A stretch of 64,000 bases of DNA from Klebsormidium nitens. Taxonomy: Eukaryota > Plantae > Klebsormidiophyceae. Position 1 is the stretch's first letter. Each line of letters starts with the position of its first letter. The notes beneath the pieces were generated by a model. It saw only the letters and a program-made list of their open reading frames with translations. It did no database searches and had not been told where the DNA came from. The position numbers were made by a program, and so were the translations under genes. The DNA lies in NCBI GenBank assembly GCA_000708835.1, contig DF237056.1, positions 124,001-188,000 of the forward strand. Reading direction: 5' to 3'. Below, piece after piece: positions 28,755-40,687 of the stretch.

Positions 28755-31700
28755 ATGGCTACATCCCAAGTGCCAAAAGACCCCAAGCTCTATGAGCTGC
28801 TAGGAGTTGACCGGTCCGCTTCTGAAGAGGAGATCAAGCTTGCATATGGCGAGAAGGCCATTCAGGTGGGAATTTGTTCCTGAAAGCTTTGTGATTTTGT
28901 GTTTGGTAGCTCTCTTTGATTTAATGGATGGTAGACCTTTTCTTCCCTTTCTGCAGGTCACAATGTAAGAGCTGGCCTTCATTGACTGACAATAAGCCAT
29001 CACTATTGGACTGCATCAGTGCCAAAAAGCTGTTCTGCATGCACAAGCTGTGCTGACGGGTTGTGATACGCATTTGAGATTTCATTTTCCAATTCCAAGC
29101 CTGCTGTACGTTGAGTTTTCCTCAAATGCCAACATTTTTCCATTGGCAGACAACTTCATACCACCACCTGTGTAACTTGATAACCAAACTCATGAAAGAA
29201 ACGAAGCTTGGAAGTTTTGGTGCCTTTTTATTACGAGGTTTTGACCTCCTCAATTGACTTTCTCCCTTGTCCTATGCAACTTCATTTGCAGATGAAGTGT
29301 CAGTGGCTCCACGAGTGGTTCATATGCATGCACCCTTCCAATTCCCTCTGAGTTGTGTCCTGTATTACATTGAACTTTCAACCAACCAAGCTCAGAAATC
29401 AAATTTTTTTGTTGTCAAAGGTGAAAGTCACGCGAATGCAACTTGATGCTTTTCCTCTGCTTCATTAGGACCTTAGCAAATATCTAATGAGTGCCGTACA
29501 CACGGTGACCTGTGCTGTCGTGTCATTCCTAAACAACAGAAGGTCAAACCCAGAGCGCCTATTTTGAGAGCAAGAGCTTATTCCACACAATTCATTGATG
29601 ACGTAGTTGCCCAGTATTATGAAGGTGGTGACATCTCTGGTGACATCTGTGACATCGTTTCCCTGCAGCTGCAAGAAAGGATGGCCAACGTCTTTGGTCC
29701 CCGCACCGCCGACCCTGCCGCTCTCGAGTTTGAGCGCCTCCAGTTGCAACAATTGAGCGCAGCCCTCGAGGTGCTGACTGACCCCCAGCAGCGCTTGGCA
29801 TACGACGTCACCTTTCCCCCTAGTTACGGAAAGGAAGCAGAGGAGAAGACGGTTCAAATCCCAGAGGGGCCTCCCAAGGCACAGAATGAGCAAGCGCAGG
29901 CTCTGGCATCTGCAGCCATTGCGTTTGCTAAGCTGCTGGGCAAAGGCAAGCTGTGAGTTTGCCATGACACATCCAGCCCTGACTTATATTTGAGAGTGTT
30001 TGGTTTTACTTTACGTAGTCTTCAGATCTGTCTATAGTCATTCCTGTCACATCATAAGTTGCTGGCTATGCTTTCGCAGGCCGGATTAAGGGGTTCATGA
30101 ACCAACTGGTGAGGACACGAGAGTTTGACAATGAAAGACGTACTTCGGCAAAACATTTTGGCCACTTGTTGTGTTGAGTTCAAGGCTGCTGATCATCTGT
30201 AGGCCTGATGTGGTTAGCCAAGGAGCTACTGTTGACTGTTGTCAATACTTGTGAGGAGGAAAGAACTCCTTTTTGCGCCTGGTTACAATCCGGATGGCAA
30301 CAAGTTCTCAGAGGAAAGCGAAGAAAATTGCTTGTAGCAATCTCGATGACGACAAGCTCCGATGCTTATCAAGGAAGAGTTTTAGCGAGCCTGTCACTTC
30401 TGCTTGACAGCTTTGAGGACTATGTTGGACAATTGGCGACGTTGGCCGCTATCATCTTCGAAACAGGGGGTGACATTGGAGGCGACGCGAAGCCTGTCAT
30501 TAAGGAGCTGAATCAGGTCGGCTATCTGCCTGAGCCCTTCCTGCCTTGTGTTTCACCATGTTTCCTCAGTTTATTGTGTATATGACAGAAGAGTTGCCCT
30601 AGTGCTGTGTTTGCATTGTTGAAAGGTTCCTCAAACAATGAAAGAGTTCGGAGGGAAGCAGGTGCGGTGAAGACATGAATCGTACTCTATCGATGTTTCG
30701 CAAGCAATCCGATACTTTTTCTAGAGACAGGTCGTCCAGCTATGCAGATTCCATGAGTAGTTCACAAAGCTTTCCCTTGACCAACCAAAGGACTGCAACT
30801 GAAGAGGCTTCTCTCATTAAGCCCTGGCCTCTTTCTTCAGGAACGTATCGAGACTCTGGCCGAAATCCTCAAGCTCAAGATTCAGCCGTACGTGACTGGA
30901 GACAAAGAGGGATTCCGCCAAGCCGTTCGAGAAGAGGCAGAGGTTCTTCAACAAACGCCATTTGGAGTGCCGATGATGCACCTGATCGGGTGAGCAATCT
31001 ATTTATTGGCAAAAGCAGTCTCTCTTTCGCTAAAGACGTGTTGCTCTTGCCGCTGTTTTGGTCATTCGGCTTTGTCCTACAACTTTTGTCCTAATGTCTT
31101 TTTTTCGGATACAGGAGGTGCAAACAGGGTCCTCAATTGCGAGTGGGCACGAGCTTAAGCATTTGTGGACAACACCGTTTCCTGGTCTTTCAATTCTCCA
31201 GAGGTTTGTCATGTGCTGTGTTTGTGCGAGCTTCATCCACTGCGAAGTATACAGATCTGGGCCCAGATTTAGAACGGCTACTCTAAGGGCTGTCGATGCT
31301 CCGTTTCCAGGTACGCATACGAGCGGGCCGCCAATCCGTATTTGGGCCATGTCGTCAGCGAGTGGTTCACGAGGATGGGGCACAAGCTGTCGGTCTTGGT
31401 GAGTCTTCGACAAGTGTTCTCGCATACCTCGGCAAATGATAAGGTAGATTGCTGTGCAAACTCTTCTGAAATGGGTTCTGCTTTAAAGGTACTGCTAGAT
31501 GGCTGCCAGATTTTAGACGGCCTCGTCCAATCGTTGGAATTCGAAGCGATCCGGCTTTGATTGCCTTTGCGAGGCTCTCGAATTTAGACCTGCGAAGTTT
31601 CTGGTGCTGCGTCCGATTGGGTTTTGCTACTTGACGTTTTCTGGTCGTCTGGTTGCCCTTCGTCACGTGGCAAGCTTTCACCCCAGTGTCGTTAAACCTG

Positions 31701-34700
31701 GTAGTGGCAGAACAACTGCTCACTAGTACTAAGGTACATGTGACGGAAAAGCAAGCGTCTCATTATTGTGAAGGCAATGCAATGCAGGAAATACGCTATT
31801 TCCAACATTCCGTGGTGAACAAGTAGCTCTGTGCCCACTCTGCAGGCCAACGCCGCGCACGGCTACGCGAGCGTGAATGTGATGAAGTACGACGTATTCC
31901 ACCGGCAGAGCTACTTCGTGAAGGACGTCATGCCCGCCAAGGAAATGGCCGAGTACTTTGAGGACCGCCTGGGTTGGCTCATCACCTCGCTCTGGGAGCT
32001 CAACTGCAAGGACGCGGACGACACGTTGGCGGCTGTGACGTCACGTGTGTTGACGCAGGGTGACGTCAGCAAGGAAGAGATCCGACTGCGCGCAGAGGCC
32101 ATCAAGGAGATTGCGACGGTGTTCCAGGTGGGGGGTCGTACTAGCACGTCCGGACGTGAAGCTTCTGGCGAATTTTTGTTCGAAGTCTGGGTTTGAAAGC
32201 TTGGACGTGATAGCTTGGTGTGTAAACTTCCATCGTTTTGCACAGAAATCGAATCTAAGTCGGACTTGAAGTCGGTTGTAGGGGGACAAAGATTTGTTCT
32301 AAGAGCGGGTTCCGTTGAATGGTGCGAGACATTGAACTCGATCCTCACTTGGCTTGCAAACCGTGTATTCACGTCCTCACTTAGGGTCTTTGCTTTTGTT
32401 CCAGGACGCCAAGTTCGTGCCCCCACCTGCTCCCCCTGCCAAGCTGCAAGAAGCAGCCCCCGGAAGCCACCGCACCTGGGACGACGCTCTTGAACAAGGA
32501 ACGGATTCCGCCAAGTCGGGAGCGGATCAAGCCAGCGGAGCTGCGAAGTCAGGGGTAGACCAAGCTAGAGGCTCGGCAAAGGAGGGCACGGAGCAGGCAC
32601 GGGATGCAGCAAAGTCCGGCGTCGAACAGGGCCGGGGTGCGGTCAAGTCTGGCGCGGAGTCGGCGAGAGATGCCGTTCATTCCACGACGGATCAGGCGCA
32701 CGACGCGGCGCTGTCAGGAATTGACCAGGTAAGCGGGCTTTTCCCTTTGAAGGAATTGGAGGTCACTACTCGATTGCAGAAGCTAGTGGAAGGGCCACGC
32801 TTAACCTTTCAGTGGCTAGAGCGGCGCAGTCTTCGAGCACCTCAAGACATGGCAACTTCTAAGCTCGATGGACCAGAGAAAGGGAGAACCACTTATGTCT
32901 GCGTCGATTGACGATCTAATGCTTGCAAGATGTCAACTGAAGTTGGACAAGAGGGACTACGAGGCGTCACTCAACAAGCAGCTCGTGCTTTTCGCAAAAC
33001 CCGCGAATTTCATGTCAAGCCTGTGTGGTGGCACAGAATAGATTGTACACTTTTGCATCCATTCACCCGTCTCATGCAATCAAGATTGTGGTGTTGGATT
33101 GCGCTGAGAAAGAAGCAATCTGTTGCCAGGAGGTTATTGTTGAAGCGTTGTCGACCAGACAAATTCAAGCCCGAACATCAAACACAAGCATCAAACTTTC
33201 AGGCACGTGACGCAACCCACGACGGAGTGGAACAGGCCCGTGGCGTTGCCAAGGACGTTGCTGCCAAGGCTGGCCCTACTGCCGAGAAGATCAACAAGGA
33301 GCACATCCAGCCCCTGGGCGAGGAGGCCGCGGCGCAAGTCGTCAGCAAGACCGGGATGCTGACGTCTGATTACATCAGGCCGGCAGCGGACGACCTCGCA
33401 GAGAACGCGGAGCCCAAGACCAAGGAGTTTACAGAGGTGGGTAATTAGTTGTGAACGGTACCTTCGAAACAAGTTGAAGTTGGTGCCTGGGTTCAGCATC
33501 ATGTTACGGCTCTGCTTCGACTTCTTTTACAAAGGCAGCTTATGAAGTAAGAGTTTCTTGTTTGCTTGGGAGCTAGAGGGCAAAAGCACATTTCAGGCGG
33601 TCTGGAGAGGCTTTCGAAAGCTGGGTAAGAGGGGGCGACTCATTCAGACACTGCTATCCGCAGATATGGATATTGAGATTGGCGCAGCTTTTATCACGCA
33701 GACGTCGTTCCGAGAGTCGCCTGAGTCCTTGGAGTTCCTGTTGCTTCTTGATTTTGATAGTGAGGAGTTACTTGCCCTCGCAAACGGGTCAAAGATGAAC
33801 CCCTTTCTGCTTCTTGCAGGAAACTCTGAAGCCCACAGTGGCTGACGCCGCGGACAAGGGTGTGGCGGCAGTCTCCGACTTCACCGAGGGCACGCTCAAG
33901 CCTGCTGCCAAGGAGGTGGCCGAGAAAGCAGAGCCCAAGACGAAAGAGTTTACGGAGCAGACGCTCAAGCCGGCTGCGAAGCAGGTAATTAACACGCTGT
34001 GATATGAATGACACCTGCTTGATTTGCAAGGTCTTGGTTTTCGCAAATAGGGTTTCGTGCAGCTTTGCTGGTGCTGCTGCTAGAGTCCAACACTCCTCGC
34101 CTTGACTACCCTCCAAGAAAGTATGGACCAAACGCTTGTGGAAGCCCTTCTTGTGTGCAGCACAACGAAAGGGAGTCCCTAAAGGCAGAACACCTCGAAG
34201 TGATAATTTTGCCTACAAACGCATTTACCCGCCACATCTTATATCACCATAAGATGACCGCAATAACACGTGCAACTCCGCAGGTGGCTGACGACACCAA
34301 TGCTGCCGCTGAAGAGCTTGCCGAGGGTGCGATCAAGCCTGCCGCCCACAGGGTTGCCGAGGACGCACAGGCGGTCGCTGACAACAGCAGGTACGATTCC
34401 TTTCATGTATGGAATTTGTTTTACTTATCTGGACAAATTTAAACGGAAAATACGCTCTTTACATCTGTCTTGGCGGGACAAATCAACCACTCGAACGCGC
34501 TTGCTTGATAGCTTGTTCTCTGGCTGGAACACACGAGGAAAGTCGATTTTCGGGGCCTTGTGTGCAGGCTGCGGCCCGACCTACAGTCTTGAAGATTGCT
34601 TATAATTGGGCTACAAGTCCCGTCGTTCGAGTGGTATTACAAGTGCCTTTCGTGATGAGGCCAACATCCTGCTATCACTCTTCCGTTTCACCAACTCAGA

Positions 34701-37700
34701 ACTTCGCTGTTTGGTAACGTCCCCACCTGCCTCTTGTCCACAAACTTGCTGACGTTGTCCTAAACCCTCTTTGCAGAGACGTCATCGTGGGGTCCGCCGA
34801 AGAAGTGGCGTCGCGCCTCCAGCCGACCGCCGACGAGTTCAACTCCAAGACGCTGAAGCCCCTTGCCAAGGAGGTCGCCGAAAACATTGAGCCCGACACT
34901 AAACGCTTCACTCAGGAGCAGCTGCAACCTGCGGCGGCCCAGCTGGCGGAAACGATCCCCGAGGCCATGGACCGGTTTGTGGAAGAAGGGCTCAAGCCAG
35001 CAGCGGACTATATTGCGGACAACGCCGAGGTGGGTGGTCAAAGAGAATAAGTCTGGCCGGTTCTGCTTTAGCTCTGCGCTAACAACGCTGCTCGTCGGTC
35101 GGAGCAGTGCCTTCCCCAGGAGTCTGCTTATTCACGCCTTTATCTGTTGGCGTTGACAGTATGCGAAGTGCTGGGGTCGCGATTGAATGTGTCATTTGGC
35201 CTGAAGGGAAACATGCGTCCTTCGCGTTGGTGTTTTCGGGGTTTTGAGCGTGGTTTCAACGAGGTGTCATATGCTGGTTCATATGAAAACGGCAGGTCTG
35301 GACGACTTTGTTAGCTTCGTATCTCTAGCAGCTAAGCACGTGCCCCTTTCTTTGCAGCCCCTCGCCGACAAGATTGCCAAGGAAGACCTGCGACCTCTCA
35401 CCGAGGCAGTCGTAGGGTTAGCCCAACAAGCGCAGAAGTCGGCAAAGGAAGCCAAGCCCCGAATCCGTGAGGGTGCCGAGGCGCTTAAGCAAGCTACCGA
35501 CGAGTCAAAGCAAGGGCTTAAGGAAGGGCTTAGCAAGGCGCAGGGGACCGCACAGAAGACGGCGGACCAGGTCAAGGATCGGGTTAGCGAGGGGCAGAAG
35601 GGCGCTGAGAAGGCAGCGGGGCAGGTTAAGGAGGGGGTCAACGAGACAGCGGACCGGGTGAAGGGAGGGGTGGAGCAAGGGAAGAAGGCGACCGAGGATG
35701 CCACGGACAAGGTTAGCGACAAGGTTAAGCAGGGTGGCGAGAAGGGCAAGCAAGCAGCCGGGCAGGTTAAGGAGGGAGTTAGCGGGAGGGGTTCCGAGGA
35801 CGTGAGTTTGGGGGAAGCTGGGCGGAAGAGAGCGACGGAGGAAGGGGCTGGGAAGAGGAACGAAAAGGAGGCGAAGGTGACCGGGGAGAAGGACAACCAG
35901 AGAGGGGCTCACTCTACCGGGGACAAGAGAGACGAGACGGAGGCGAAGTCGGGTGGAGACAAGAAGGATGTGAAGAACATTGCGGAGGACACCGTGGCAG
36001 CTGTGGAGCAGTCCTTGGTCGACAGGTACGTACACGCAACCGATAAAATTCTCAATGCGACTCTATAAAAGGCTGCTCATACGTTCCCATTTCGTTGATC
36101 AGCTTATCTTGACGATGAGGTTGTTTCGGTGACAAAACTTGGGTTTCGTGCTTCAAGTCTTGTTCTAAAGCTGTGTACCTGTTTCGCCCAGAAACCAGCT
36201 TTTCGTTCGCACAGTCTTACATCACTTCTGCGAAACCGTCTCTTGAACGTTCTACGTTCGTATGAACGCCGTCGCTTATACGTGAAACTCGTCTTCTTCA
36301 GTCTCCGCACCCAAGCGCTGGACCCCTTGGCCAAGGAGGTGGAGTCTCAAGCCGTCCCCCTGGCGCGCCACCTCAACCGCGGCATGCTCCAGCCCGCGGC
36401 CGCCGAGTACGCCGACCAGTTCGAGGCGGCGGCCAAGGACTTGTGCGACACTGTTGGGCCGGTCGCCGAAAGACTGCCCAACTCGCTCAAAAACGCCATC
36501 CACAGGCGGCGCGTGCCAGAAGAGCTGGCGGTGAGTTGACGTCATCAGTTCCCTTAGCATGGTCTAAAGATCCTGTCGTCAGAAGGGATCGTCTCCAAAC
36601 CCCCTCTCTGTTTCCTAAGCTATTACCTTGTAGCCAAGTCGGACGACGATTTGATGCCGTGAGCATGATGTTGCAGGGTGTTGTTGGATCACACTTAGAT
36701 TTCAAGGATGGGGAGCACGCATCTTGATGTCTTCAAGAACTGAAGTCGTAACCTCCTCGAAGAAACTGAAGGCTTCGCTTTTCAGATCCCACCTCCTCCT
36801 CGGAGTGCGTTTTTTGAGTGCATGCTTCCCAGTTCATCACATTGTTAACGTAGTCGCAATCAAAAACTTGAAGTTTGACAAGTCTCGTCTTTCTCTCCGC
36901 GTCCGCAGCCGGACCTCTCAGTGATCGCTGTGCGCATGGAGCCCCTCATCGACCGCATTGTGGACATCGCCATCGAGGTGCGCAAGCAGGCGCCGGCGGT
37001 CGCGCAGAAGATCCCCGAGACCGCAGAGAAGCTGGGACAGGTTATTGAGGAGGGCGCCCAGAAGGTAAGCCGCGCAGTGTCCCCCATCCTAGTTGGCAGA
37101 TAGAAGGTGCTTGCTGAGCTAAGAACCGCTTGATTAAGTTACAGGGGCTTCGAACTTGGCCCTGCACTTCCTGTTTTGTCTATGTGTTCATGTTCTCAGG
37201 GCTTTCTGCTGTGATGATGTTACGATGACGTTCAATTTATGACATTACAAAGCGGGGTCACTGGCTCGCTGTGTGACGGCTGACCTAATCTTCATCACCT
37301 TTGAGTTCCTGACCCTCAATTATCTGAAAGCATGTCGATTTTGACTCTACGATAACAAAGATCATCGACATTGGAAAGCTTCCTGCTTGTTCTCTTCGTA
37401 AGCAAACGCCGATTCCGTCTTCAAGCCTGGTGACGAGAGAACTACACCATGTTGCTACACTCCTCTGAATGTGATTCTGTACTCTGTTGAACAGCGTCTT
37501 TTCCTATCAGGTCAAAATAATTCAAGTTGCACAAATGATTCTCTCTTAACGCAGGTGGCGGATCAGGCCCAGCCCGCAGCGGACAAGGTTGGCGACATCG
37601 TCGAGGCGAACGTGCACGTGGCAGCAGAAAAGACGACTGACCTGGCAAAGATCGCCGTGGAGAAGCTGCCAGATGACATCACTCTCAAAATCGAGGAAGT

Positions 37701-40687
37701 CGTCAACGAGCCAGCAGACACGTCAGCGGGTGCTAAGGCAGAAGAGACCGGAGACAAGGTCAAATCAACTGCTGAGAGCGCCAAGGGCAAGGCAGGCGAG
37801 GTGGCAGACGAAGAGAAGGTGAAGCAGGCCGGCGAGAAGGCGCGCTCGGCCGTCGATGACGCGACATCGACGGCGCAGGACGCGTCTGAGAAGGCCAAGG
37901 CGAAAGCGGACGAGACGGCGGAGAGCGCGAAGGATGTCGTGGACCGGGCCGGGAAGAGCGCGGAATCGGCGGCGGGTGACGCGGCTGACGTGGCGAAATC
38001 GGCGGCACAAATCGCGCAGGAGCGCGGCGACCAAGCGGAAAAGATCTTGAAGAGCGCGGCCAAGGACATTGCGGAGAACGTGCGGCCCGCCGCGGACGAA
38101 CTGGGGGAGCAAATGAAGGTATGCGCGTCTGTTTCGAGAGCGTCTTGGCCCGTGCGTAGATATTTCCATGATCCGCAGTCACTTTCATCGGCCTGCTATC
38201 GTGGATGTGCTACGTTGTTTAGTTGGTGGCAAATCGTTTTGAGAAGTATTGTGTGCGAGGTAGCTTAGGGGGAGGACTGTGGCGGGTTCTAAGGAGGTTA
38301 GTCATGTTTTAGGGCTGCGAAGGTTGCGAGTGGGAGCTGAATACTAACAATGGCTCCCTTGTGTCTTGAAAGGGCTCAAGAAAATTGTTGCTAATTTTCA
38401 GGGTCCTGTACCAAAATATAATTTTTGCACAAACAACGCTTCCGTTGCAGGGTTTGGTCGTTGGGCTCGGACTATTTTTATTGACGCCTGAAAGGTTTTT
38501 ATCCATCTTTGGACCGCAAGTTGACAAAGGTGTTTTAGGTCTCATGTTTTTCCGCTTGCCCGCAGCACAGAAATCTGTGGCCGCTAATCAGGCTGTTAAA
38601 CAGTCTTTAATTTCAGGTTATCAGTTGAATAGCCGGTGTTCGACGTTGCTCCAAGGCTGGTTGTCGCCCAAGCTGGTTGTTATGGACATTTAACCACTTC
38701 CTGACCAGCCCATTAGCACCTATGGTTAACGGCAAAGATGACTGTGCAGGACTTCGCCAAGGAGGCCGCGGACGACATCGAGCCGGCCGCGGCGCGCGTC
38801 TCGGAGCAGCTCGAGAGCGCGGCCCACGACGTCGCCGTCAACGCGGAGCCGACGGCCGACCGCGTTGCGGCCGCGATCTCAGACACCGCCCAACAAGCAT
38901 CCGCAGACTTGCCGAAGGCGGCGGAGCGCGTCTCTGCTGACGTGGAGAAGGCGGCGCGGACTGTGGCGGAAAATGCGGAGCCGGCGGCTAATGACATGGC
39001 AAAGCAAATCAAAGGGAGTGCCGCGGCGGTCGGGGATAGCGTGGTGACGTATGCGGACAGCGCGGCCGTGGGGCTGGAGACGGCGGCTCACGACGTGACG
39101 GAGAGTGCGGAGCCCGCGGCAGAGCAGGTGAGGGTCGAAGGAAACTGCTTCAAAACTTTTCGATTAGAAAAAGATTATCCGTGAATCGTTACAAACCCTT
39201 GGAAACCTTTGAAGCTTACCAGTGTGTACTTGGTACTACTCGTTGCCAGATTCCGTTGTCCCAGGCCATCGTGCACACTTTGTTGATCTGTCTTGAAATA
39301 CGGTTGCTCCCGCTGCTTTTGAAACCTTTCACCTAGCAAAGCAGGGGAAACCTCGCTGGCTGCGACTTGGCTTTCTCCAGATCTGAATTTCTTATAGAAA
39401 AGCTGAGTGCTGGCCGTCTTACATCTCGGATCTCAGCTCTGAACAATTGTTCACTTGACAGGTGTCCAAGGATCTGAAGGCCGGCGCTGAGGCCGTCGCT
39501 TCGGACAGCAAGGCGGCCGCGGACAAGACTGCGGACAATCTGAACGCGTCCGCAGCCCAGGTGGCGAAGGATGCGCGCCCGACGGCCGACAAGTTGTCCA
39601 AGAACCTGGAAGAAACGGCTGAAGTCGCGGCAGGTGAGCGGCATTTGCCGGAATGCACTCTGCTGGGCTTGAGGCGTTAGATGATCCCTGTATTTCCTGC
39701 TCCGCCACTTGTGTAGGGTCTGCTTTAAGGTTCATGACAAGAAAGCGTTCTGCGTTTGTGCATTTCACCTTTGGTTTGTCTCCAGGCATTCCCGTGCAAC
39801 ACTATCTTCCCCTAAACATCTAATCAGTAGAGAAAGAGGGAAGCGAGCTCTCCTTTGAGCCGCGCTTGTTGATCTCAATGCCATTTTGTATGTCTTAAAG
39901 GATGACGGTCCAATTTGCCAAATGAGGAGGTAAAACGAGGGTTGTCGAAAAGGGGTATTGACTTCATAGTCAGACTGCTTAAAAGACAAAAAGCCTGGCG
40001 GCCCTTGCACCGGTAGACCTCTTCATTGTTGGACGAAAGCGTTTCTTTGGGAATTATTGCCCCCTTCCAAAGTTACCGAATCCTCTTTCTTCCAATAACA
40101 CCTTCCATCTACGTAGCGGCATAAGTCGCTACTCGAATGGAGCCGCATCTGATCTTTGATCTTTCGTAATTGCAGAGAAAGCCATCAAGCCGGCTGCCAA
40201 GTCCGCGGGCGACACCCTGGAGAGCACGGCCAAAACCGCCGGCAAGAACCTGGACGAGGGCGCGGATTCCGCTGCGGACAAGGTGAAGGAGAAGACGGAC
40301 TCCGTTGCGGAGGAGGCGAAGCGGAAGACCGGATCTGCGGCGGAGACGGTGAAGAGCACAACGGATGACGTCGCGAAGAAGGCAAAGGAGACGGCCGACA
40401 AAGGGGCGGAGAAAGCAAAGGAGACGACGGACAGTGCGGCGGATAAGGCCAAGGAAACTGCGGACAGTGCGGCGGATAAGACCAAAGAGACGACGGACAG
40501 CGCAGCTGAGAGTGCCAAGAAGGGGGCTGATAAGGGCGCGGAGAAGGCGAAGGAGGGAACGGAGAATCTGAAGGAAGGTGCCGAGAATTACAAGGAAAAG
40601 CTGAAGCAGGGGGCGGAGTCGGCTGGGGAGAAGATGCAACAGAAGACGAAGGAGGCTGAAAAAAACGCGCGTCAACTCGGGGCGTAG
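28755..40687 (+). CDS. J-like domain (no HPD) + DnaJ-X domain fused to ~1,250 aa of LEA/perilipin/apolipoprotein-like repeats (18 exons, ~1,593 aa)
   Basis: Exons 28755-28865, 29669-29952 (alternative acceptor 29540), 30411-30516, 30841-30989, 31311-31398, 31846-32127, 32405-32728, 33203-33436, 33820-33984, 34284-34390, 34777-35029, 35358-36025, 36302-36530, 36909-37064, 37555-38118, 38750-39127, 39462-39633, 40176-40687. All junctions are GT-AG and phase-compatible, with a single stop at 40685-40687. The N-terminal part resembles the ATJ10/Djp1 family (LYELLGV...EVLTDPQQRLAYD; LFEDYVGQLA; LWELN). Confidence 0.82.
40382..40546 (+). repeat. 33-bp coding tandem repeat (five LEA group-3-type 11-mers)
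   Basis: AKETADKGAEK / AKETTDSAADK / AKETADSAADK / TKETTDSAAES / AKKGADKGAEK; the 33-nt period is visible in the DNA. Confidence 0.85.

Noticed and set aside
35279-40675. Long minus-strand and alternative-frame ORFs over the repeat exons (e.g. 35279-35896, 37563-38069, 40109-40675)
   Set aside because: They are shadows of the repetitive, codon-biased plus-strand CDS (Ser/Ala/Leu/Phe-rich mirror translations) without their own splice logic.
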